From Armatimonadota bacterium (GTDB lineage Bacteria; Armatimonadota; Fimbriimonadia; Fimbriimonadales; Fimbriimonadaceae), in the NCBI GenBank assembly GCA_018268375.1, contig JAFDWS010000005.1, positions 89,474 through 153,473 on the forward strand: DNA of 64,000 nt, in the 5' to 3' direction. This document shows, one piece after another, positions 57,632 to 64,000 of the stretch (the stretch's first letter is position 1; every line of letters begins with the position of its first letter). The notes under the pieces were generated by a model. That model did not search any database. It was not told the DNA's origin and saw only the letters and a program-made list of their open reading frames with translations. The translations under genes were made by a program, and so were the position numbers.

Positions 57632-58290
57632 AAGTTTCGCGCCCGATCCTCTACACGGCTGTGCTCGGCTTGGTCGCCTATGCCGTGGTCGTGCTGACAG
57701 AGCCGGACAAGAAGCCAAAGGGCAAATCCACAGCTGTCCACAAGAAGGCTCCAGGGGCTAAGGCCGACCAGTTCCTCGAGGCCGATTACAAGGCCAAGTT
57801 CACGCCGGTCAGCACCGCCCCGAAGAACGCCTTCAAGCCGTTGGTCGTCCGCGAGGGAGAGGACAACCAGCTTCAGACTCAAAGATTCGACAGTATCCCT
57901 TCCGCGTTCACCGGCGGAGATCCAAACTGGTTGTACACTGGAACGGCGACGGTGGACGGTGTGAGGGTCGCTTTGGTCGAGAACTCGGCGTCGGGCGAGG
58001 GGGTGTTCCTCAAGGTCGGCGAGATGTGGAAGCAAGCTGTGTTGACCAGCATCGAGGATGAGGGAATCATCATGGTTGGGCCGGGGGGTGCCGTAAGGCA
58101 CATCAAACTTGGATTTACGGAGCAACCGGCCGCTCCCGCGCCGATGTCAGGGAACGTACCCTTGACCGTCACGCCCAGCCTTAATGGCCCGATCGGACAA
58201 GGACAGGGTGGCTCGGGAGGCGGGACGGGAACCCCAAGGAACCGCGACAGGAACAGTGCTCAGGCACCTTTTGAACCGAATACAGAGTAG
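57628..58290 (+). CDS. PilP/GspC-HR-like secretin-coupling protein (tentative)
   Basis: 220 aa. N-terminal TM, Lys/Pro-rich linker, NAFKPLV, then a beta-domain pattern WLYTGTATVDGVRVALVENSASGEGVFLKVGE. ATGA overlap; lies immediately upstream of the secretin. Confidence 0.5.
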   Translation: MKVSRPILYTAVLGLVAYAVVVLTEPDKKPKGKSTAVHKKAPGAKADQFLEADYKAKFTPVSTAPKNAFKPLVVREGEDNQLQTQRFDSIPSAFTGGDPNWLYTGTATVDGVRVALVENSASGEGVFLKVGEMWKQAVLTSIEDEGIIMVGPGGAVRHIKLGFTEQPAAPAPMSGNVPLTVTPSLNGPIGQGQGGSGGGTGTPRNRDRNSAQAPFEPNTE

Positions 58291-58296
58291 AAGGAC

Positions 58297-60726
58297 ATGA
58301 TGACCGTGAACCGCATTTGGATTTGGGCAGTGGCTCTTGCCATGTTGCCTTGTGCCGCGAGCGCTCAATTTGACTTTGGAGGCGGCGATTCGGGCAAACC
58401 TGCCTGGGACAGCTTTAAGCTCAATCCCAAGACTCGCATTAAGTTGGATTTCCGGAACGCGAACGTCGACAGCGTCCTCGCCCTTTATCAGAAGACCTCG
58501 GGAGTCACGATCGTCAAAGATCCCGCCCTTACCGGCGCCATTACGGTCACAAGCGCCACCGCGGTGTCACTGAGCGACGCTTTCGCCATTCTCAACGCGA
58601 CGTTGTCGCTGAAGAGCTTCGAGATGAAGAAGGAAGGCAACTTGCTCGTGATTCGCTCACGCCAAAGGAGCCCGCAACAGAACTTCGATATGAGCGCCTT
58701 CGCCCAGATGGGGCAACAGAGCTCGGGTCAGCTCAAAGTCTATCAACTTGAGTTTGCTAACGCCACCCAGGTCGCCAGAGTCCTGAACGAAGTCTTCCAG
58801 AACAGCACCAACCCAATGGACCAGATCCTCCAGCAATTTGGGAACCAAGGTGGCGGCGGTGGGAGGTTTGGAGGCAACCAGGGCGGGGGGCGCTTTGGAG
58901 GCGGCGGCACTGGCGGAGGTCGCTTTGGTGGTTTTGGCCGGTCCACACCGACCGTCCGGGCTTCAGCGGACGATTTCTCGAACTCTGTCATCGTCAACGC
59001 TCCGGACAAAGAGCAGGGTCAAGTCCGTGATTTGATCAAACAGCTCGACAAGCAGACCGATCAGCCCCAGAAGGCCAAGGTCTTCAAGCTGACCTACGCG
59101 GTCGCTGCCGATCTTGCGCCGGTGGTTCAAAACGTCCTCGTTTCGAACGCACCAAGGGGCCGGGGCGGGATCAGCACGCAGAACGTGCCGATCGAGCAGC
59201 GGTTCCAGCAGGCGTTCCGCCTCGGTGGCACGCAGGCCGCCTTCGGCACGGTGGTCGCTGACGACCGCACGAACTCACTGGTCGTCACCGCGACCGACGA
59301 AAACCTGGGGCTGGTCTCCGAGGTCATCAAGGAGCTCGACACCGAAATCAAAATGCAAACGACGACGTTCGTCTTCCCCTTGGCGAACGCACGGGCCGAC
59401 CAGGTTGCCCAACTTCTGAGCCAGGCGTTTGGAACCCGGCAGACGAGCAACGGTGCCCGCACCGGCGCGAACACAACAACCGGTTTTAATCGCAACAACA
59501 CCAACAATCGCAACAACAATAACCGTACAGGCGGAGGTGGCGGCGGCGGGGGAGGTGGTTTCGGCGGAGGCGGCCTGCAGTCGCAAACCGACCCGCAGAA
59601 CCTCAACCTCGACATGGCAGTGCCTAAAGCCGAGTCCGGCGAACTGGCGACCCACGTTGACGTGGATCAGTCCGAGCTCATGGCGCAAGTTTTCGGGGGC
59701 CAGTTTGGCGGCGCGCGACAACAGTCACAGCAAACGGGTCAGACGACGGGACGAGACCAGCAGGGCCGCATCGTGAACGTTCGCGATCTCACTGGCCAGG
59801 TGACTACGATCGCAGACCCGAACACGAACTCGATCATTATCGTGACAACGCCCGAGAACGCAGAGATGATCAAGAGCATTCTTGACCAACTCGACAAGAT
59901 TCCCGAGCAGGTGCTGATCGAGACCATTATCGTAGAGGCCACACTCGATGCGAGCTCCAAGCTTGGCGTCGAGTGGAACTATAATCGGGCCAACTTCCAG
60001 GACGGCCAGACGGGCAACGTCGGGTCTACTTTCGGCCTGCAGAACCAGAATCCGGCACTTCAAGGCCTTCGCTATACGCTGACAGGCGGCACTCTGAGTG
60101 GGTTCATCAATGCGCTTGCGACCGACAAGAAGTTCCAAGTCCTCTCCACGCCGCGCATCTTTACGTCGAACAACGTGCAGGCGCAAATCAACATTAGCCA
60201 AAGCGTCCCCTACGTGCTCAGCACGAGAGAGGACACCAACGGCAACTTGACCTTTAACTATGCCTTCCAAGACGTGGGCATCGTCTTGACCGTGACCCCC
60301 CACATCGCATCGAACGGCATCGTGACGATGGACGTGGACCAGACGGCGAACGACCTGCAGGGCTTTACAAGCTTCAATGCCCCGATCGTGAACCAGCGGC
60401 AGGCTACGACGACCGTCTCGGTGAAGGACGGGGAGACCGTCATCCTGGGCGGGATCATTCGTAGCAGCGTGACATCGACCGTCAACAAGATCCCCATCCT
60501 GGGCGATATCCCTCTCCTGGGCAACTTGTTCAAGACGACGGACAAAGACAAGGTCAAGACCGAACTGCTCGTTTTCCTAACGCCTCGGATCGTGAAGGGG
60601 CCGGAGGAGGCTCAGAAGCTGAAGGACGAGCAATTGAAACAGCTGTCGCCGCAGACCCAGCGGCAACTGAAGCAGACTGACCCGCCCCAAAAGGACGGGA
60701 AGTCGAACGAAGGGAAAAATAAATGA
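58297..60726 (+). CDS. gspD: secretin (GspD/PilQ family) with Gly/Arg and Asn/Gly low-complexity inserts
   Basis: 809 aa with signal peptide. N0/N1-type repeats (SVIVNAPDKEQGQVRDLIKQLD; SLVVTATDENLGLVSEVIKELD; SIIIVTTPENAEMIKSILDQLD). C-terminal secretin domain (VLSTPRIFTSNNVQAQI...GIIRS...KIPILGDIPLLGNLFK...ELLVFLTPRIV). Confidence 0.93.
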   Translation: MMTVNRIWIWAVALAMLPCAASAQFDFGGGDSGKPAWDSFKLNPKTRIKLDFRNANVDSVLALYQKTSGVTIVKDPALTGAITVTSATAVSLSDAFAILNATLSLKSFEMKKEGNLLVIRSRQRSPQQNFDMSAFAQMGQQSSGQLKVYQLEFANATQVARVLNEVFQNSTNPMDQILQQFGNQGGGGGRFGGNQGGGRFGGGGTGGGRFGGFGRSTPTVRASADDFSNSVIVNAPDKEQGQVRDLIKQLDKQTDQPQKAKVFKLTYAVAADLAPVVQNVLVSNAPRGRGGISTQNVPIEQRFQQAFRLGGTQAAFGTVVADDRTNSLVVTATDENLGLVSEVIKELDTEIKMQTTTFVFPLANARADQVAQLLSQAFGTRQTSNGARTGANTTTGFNRNNTNNRNNNNRTGGGGGGGGGGFGGGGLQSQTDPQNLNLDMAVPKAESGELATHVDVDQSELMAQVFGGQFGGARQQSQQTGQTTGRDQQGRIVNVRDLTGQVTTIADPNTNSIIIVTTPENAEMIKSILDQLDKIPEQVLIETIIVEATLDASSKLGVEWNYNRANFQDGQTGNVGSTFGLQNQNPALQGLRYTLTGGTLSGFINALATDKKFQVLSTPRIFTSNNVQAQINISQSVPYVLSTREDTNGNLTFNYAFQDVGIVLTVTPHIASNGIVTMDVDQTANDLQGFTSFNAPIVNQRQATTTVSVKDGETVILGGIIRSSVTSTVNKIPILGDIPLLGNLFKTTDKDKVKTELLVFLTPRIVKGPEEAQKLKDEQLKQLSPQTQRQLKQTDPPQKDGKSNEGKNK

Positions 60727-61358
60727 AGACTAGACTCTTTCTCGTGGTTTCGATGGCGCTCATCCTCGCCGTCGGCGCTTCTGCGCAGGGTCGCGGAATG
60801 CGAATGATGGGTGGCGGTGGGGCGGCCTTTCTGCTTCAGCGCGAGGACGTCCGAAAGGATCTGGGAGTGACGGCTGACCAGCAAAGCAAACTCGAAGCGA
60901 TCCAGAGCGACATGCGCGAAGAGATGCGCGCCAAGATGCAAGACCTCCAAGGCGATCGCGAGGCGATGATGGCCGAGTTCCGCAAGATGCAGGAGGCCAT
61001 GACGAAGAAGATCAATGAGGTCTTGACCGTTGATCAGCAGAAAAGGCTCAAGGAAATTAATATCCAGATCAACGGCAACAGGTCGGTCCTGCAGCCCGAC
61101 ATCGCCAAGGAGATCGGCCTGACTGACGACCAGAACGCCAAGATCAAGGATCTTCAGGCCAAGCAGAACGAAGCCAATCAGGCCGTGTTCGAAAAGGTTC
61201 GGAACGGTGAGATCGATCGTGAGCAAGTTCAGGAGATCATGGACAAGAACAACAAGTCCCTGGACGAGGAGATCGGCAAGGTCTTGACTCAGGCGCAGAA
61301 AGACAAACTGAAGGATATGTCCGGCAAGCCGTTCAAGGCTGACGGCAACGGCGGCTAG
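60723..61358 (+). CDS. periplasmic LTXXQ-repeat (Spy/CpxP-like) protein
   Basis: 211 aa, signal MKTRLFLVVSMALILAVGASAQ. Repeated (L/V)TxxQ motifs (VTADQQ, LTVDQQ, LTDDQ, LTQAQ) in a Lys/Glu/Gln-rich helical sequence. ATGA overlap with the secretin stop. Confidence 0.62.
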   Translation: MKTRLFLVVSMALILAVGASAQGRGMRMMGGGGAAFLLQREDVRKDLGVTADQQSKLEAIQSDMREEMRAKMQDLQGDREAMMAEFRKMQEAMTKKINEVLTVDQQKRLKEINIQINGNRSVLQPDIAKEIGLTDDQNAKIKDLQAKQNEANQAVFEKVRNGEIDREQVQEIMDKNNKSLDEEIGKVLTQAQKDKLKDMSGKPFKADGNGG

Positions 61359-61378
61359 GGCGACCCCCTCCTCACAGG

Positions 61379-61420
61379 GAAGAAAACCCCTCCTGGGCAA
61401 CCCGGAGGGGGTTTTCTTCG
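61379..61420 (+). terminator. intrinsic terminator after the secretion operon
   Basis: GAAGAAAACCCCTCC (61380-61394), a 10-nt loop, then GGAGGGGGTTTTCTTC (61405-61420). GC-rich stem with a T-rich 3' side. Confidence 0.7.
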
Positions 61421-61528
61421 CTTCCCGGAGCAATGACTCGGCATTTTCTGGATGTTCTGGTTGCGAGATGCCGAGAATATTCTTGGGGTGCGGGGGCACG
61501 GTGACAAACCGGCTGCTCCCATCGTTTG

Positions 61529-63409
61529 ATGCGAATCGGGGAAAAGCTCATCCTGGCGCTGGTGTGCGTGTTCGGGCTATATGCTGCCTTGGCCTACGGG
61601 GTTCAAGGACAGCTGATCCTCGACAACTTCAATGCGCTCGAACGCAAGAAAGCTGTCCAAGACCTCGATCGCTGCCGCCAAAGTGTCGACTCTGAACTGA
61701 GGCACCTTGAGACGGTCGCGAAAGACTGGTCTAACTGGACTGACACCTACGAGTACATTGCGGGCAAGAACCCGAAATTTGTCGAAGAAAACCTGAATGA
61801 TAACGCTCTTGCGACGATCAAGGTTCAAGGGCTCTATGTCTTAGATGTTCGGGGCAACACCGTATGGGGAAGATTGCTGGATTCCAAGTCCAAGCCTGTC
61901 AAGTTCACCGACTTCAAACCCTCGCTCTACTCAGCCTGCGAATACCTCTCAGGGGGCGACAAGGTTGCAGGTGTTGTCCTCGTCGACGGCATGCCCGCCG
62001 TCGTTGTCGGTCTCCCCGTCCTCGACAGCGAGGGCCACGGTCCGGCGCGCGGCACTATGCTCCTTGTCAGATACCTGGACAGTTCGCTTGTACAAGCTCT
62101 GTCGGCTAGCGCAGGCGTGCCGTTCAAGGCGATCCCGTTGGGCTCTCACGTATCGAAGGAGCTTTCGCAGCTCATCAAGCAGCTTAAGAGCCATCCAGAG
62201 CGAGAAGTGTCAGAGTCGAGTTCGTCACTCCTGCACGGGTACGCGGTACTGCGGTCGCCCTTCGGCGAACCGGTGACCGTGCTACAGTCCGACACACCGC
62301 GAGACATTTCGGCCCAGGGCCAGCTGACTCTGCAGATGTTTCTGCAGTTCCTTATCGTTTTCGGCGGATGCACGACCTTCGTCCTCCTTCTGTTAGCCAG
62401 AAGACTCGTCGTCTTGCCTTTGGAGCGGCTTGCGAAGCAGGTTGGCCTCATTGGAAAAGGCGGAGACTTGAGCGCGACGACTGGGCTCGTCAATCGGCGT
62501 GACGAAATCGGCGACCTCGCCAGATCGTTCGAGGACATGGTGGGCCGGCTTCGGACGGTTAGGACAAAGCTTGTCCAAAGCTCCCGAGAGGCGGGTATGG
62601 CCGACATCGCCCGCGGGATGCTCCACAACGTTGGCAACGTGCTCAATTCGATGAGCGTGGCCACCAGCCAGATCGAGAGCCGGTTGGGCCAGCAGCGATT
62701 GAAGGGCTTGGACAGCATGGTCGACCTCCTGGGCGAACACGAGGAGAGCCTCCCAACGTTCTTTGCAGAGGATCCCAAAGGAAGCCAGGTACTGCCCTAC
62801 CTTTCCAGGCTCGCCGAAGCTCTTTGGTCGGATCACAGGCTCACGGAGGGCGAAATAGCTAACCTCCGCTTGAACCTGACCCACATCGACGAGATCTTGA
62901 AGTCCCATCAGGCCCTTGCGACCGCTCAGCCCTGTGTAGAGCCAGTGGTCTTCGGCGAAATCGTGAGCAATTCGGTCTCGATGTTGGAGTCTTCTTTTGA
63001 AAGACATGGAATAAGAGTCTTGATGGAGCTGGAGGATCTGCCCGTTTTGATGCTGGATCGCACCAAGGTCGTGCAGATTCTCATCAATATGCTGTCCAAC
63101 TCCAAGGACGCGCTCCTCGATAATCCCCAGGGTGACCGCCATATTCAGGTCAGGCTGACGAAGGAGTCGGCCGGAGCTTGCTGTTCCGTGACCGACAACG
63201 GACGCGGCATTGCTCCCGACAAGCTGACAGAGGTGTTCCGCAAAGGCTACACGACAAAGGCCACCGGATCCGGGCTCGGCCTCCACTTTTGCTTCTTGTC
63301 TGCCCGCGAACTCGGCGGGAGTCTGAAAATCGAGAGCGAGGGATTGGGCCACGGTGCAGTCGCCAAGCTCTTCTTGCCGATCCACGAGTCTCAGGAGGCC
63401 GCCGCTTGA
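61529..63409 (+). CDS. sensor histidine kinase with CHASE4-like periplasmic domain and HAMP
   Basis: N-terminal TM, DWSNWTDTYEYI (CHASE4-like), second TM, HAMP (RRDEIGDLARSFEDMVGRL), H-box-like MLHNVGNVLNS, HATPase_c N/G boxes (NSKDAL, DNGRGI, GSGLGL). Confidence 0.87.
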   Translation: MRIGEKLILALVCVFGLYAALAYGVQGQLILDNFNALERKKAVQDLDRCRQSVDSELRHLETVAKDWSNWTDTYEYIAGKNPKFVEENLNDNALATIKVQGLYVLDVRGNTVWGRLLDSKSKPVKFTDFKPSLYSACEYLSGGDKVAGVVLVDGMPAVVVGLPVLDSEGHGPARGTMLLVRYLDSSLVQALSASAGVPFKAIPLGSHVSKELSQLIKQLKSHPEREVSESSSSLLHGYAVLRSPFGEPVTVLQSDTPRDISAQGQLTLQMFLQFLIVFGGCTTFVLLLLARRLVVLPLERLAKQVGLIGKGGDLSATTGLVNRRDEIGDLARSFEDMVGRLRTVRTKLVQSSREAGMADIARGMLHNVGNVLNSMSVATSQIESRLGQQRLKGLDSMVDLLGEHEESLPTFFAEDPKGSQVLPYLSRLAEALWSDHRLTEGEIANLRLNLTHIDEILKSHQALATAQPCVEPVVFGEIVSNSVSMLESSFERHGIRVLMELEDLPVLMLDRTKVVQILINMLSNSKDALLDNPQGDRHIQVRLTKESAGACCSVTDNGRGIAPDKLTEVFRKGYTTKATGSGLGLHFCFLSARELGGSLKIESEGLGHGAVAKLFLPIHESQEAAA

Positions 63410-64000
63410 GACCGCTGGTGAACAACCGCATTCTGGTCATCGATGACAATTTGAGCATCATCGAGGACTACAAGAAGATCCTCTGCCGGTCACAAGAGAA
63501 CGAAGAGCTCGCTGACCTGGAGGCGTCGCTCTTTGGTACCGAAAAGGCACCCAGCAAATCCGTGCCGGAGTTCGTCGTTTCCAGCGCGACGCAAGGCAAG
63601 GACGGCTACGACCTTGTCGTCAAGTCGGTCGAGGATCGGGAGCCGTTTGCCGTCGCCTTCGTCGATATGCGCATGCCGCCGGGTTGGGACGGCCTGGAGA
63701 CCATCGAGAATCTCTGGAAGGCAGATCCGAACCTGCAAGTGGTGCTGAGCTCTGCGTTTAGCGACTACTCGCACGACGAGATTTTGAACCGTCTTGGGCT
63801 GACCGACAAGCTCATCATCATCCGCAAGCCGTTCCAACCTGAAGAAATTGTCCAACTTGCCGTCGCGCTTTCGGAGAAGTGGAGCCACCACTTCGACACG
63901 AGCAAAGCCGGAGCCTCCGTCGGCACCACGGATCCGCTGACGGGCCTGAATAGCCGCTCTAACCTCCTTGAGTTCGTTCAGTACGCGCTGAACCACCGTC
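63406..64000 (+). CDS. response regulator receiver fused to a GGDEF (diguanylate cyclase) domain, 3' end beyond the window
   Basis: Not in the ORF track (open at the edge). Manual translation from TTG 63406 (AGGAGG 7 nt upstream, overlaps the kinase stop) gives RPLVNNRILVIDDN...VAFVDMRMPPGWDGLETI...IIIRKPF, a receiver domain. Then TTDPLTGLNSRSNLLEF, the typical start of a GGDEF domain. Confidence 0.85.
   Translation, partial: MRPLVNNRILVIDDNLSIIEDYKKILCRSQENEELADLEASLFGTEKAPSKSVPEFVVSSATQGKDGYDLVVKSVEDREPFAVAFVDMRMPPGWDGLETIENLWKADPNLQVVLSSAFSDYSHDEILNRLGLTDKLIIIRKPFQPEEIVQLAVALSEKWSHHFDTSKAGASVGTTDPLTGLNSRSNLLEFVQYALNHR

Noticed and set aside
60612-61499. 295-aa minus-strand ORF covering the whole Spy-like gene
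   Set aside because: It is Leu/Asp/His-rich low complexity, the mirror image of the Lys/Glu/Gln-rich sense frame. The plus-strand ORF has a signal peptide, LTXXQ repeats and ATGA coupling to the secretin.

Overview
GC-rich, densely coding bacterial chromosomal window of about 60 genes, mostly housekeeping. By eye I found no rRNA, tRNA, CRISPR array, transposase or integrase. Coordinates and translations below were done by hand and should be recomputed.

Gene content, left to right:
- A secreted DUF1573-like protein translationally coupled to a multihaem cytochrome that runs off the left edge.
- prfB with the classic +1 frameshift site.
- Two tandem paralogous secreted proteins.
- An isolated fliS plus a small helical ORF.
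- gap; modA and modB with no modC.
- A BNR/Ycf48-like propeller protein.
- A fragmented ribosomal-protein cluster: rpsI-rplM, S9 peptidase, truA-rplQ-rpoA-rpsK-rpsM-rpmJ, then a prepilin-like gene and an oppositely oriented SPL-type radical SAM gene, then infA-map.
- A Wza-like exporter, rsmI and a PpiD-like chaperone.
- lexA, pcrA, tatC, a DUF1998 helicase, mutS, DAHP synthase, yvcK-gmk-coaBC, a GH4 glycosidase and ftsY.
- A tightly coupled 12-gene type II secretion / type IV pilus-like operon (gspEFGHIJK, pilMN-like, pilO-like, pilP-like, secretin, Spy-like protein), followed by a CHASE4 histidine kinase and a receiver-GGDEF regulator that is cut by the right edge.

Observations most worth follow-up:
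1. An 11-nt box (ACATGTAGACA) sits in the same register inside the lexA promoter and inside the promoter of the radical SAM gene. This is a candidate SOS-type operator.
2. A pseudopilin/DUF1559-like module recurs in four proteins. Only one has a prepilin leader; one is a GYF-TM fusion and two are large secreted paralogs.
3. The hybrid Gsp/Pil secretion operon has a secretin with Gly/Arg/Asn low-complexity inserts and a coupled LTXXQ periplasmic protein.

I see no clear defence or mobile system. The taxon is not determinable here; the gene content is compatible with an Armatimonadota- or PVC-like diderm, which is inference only.
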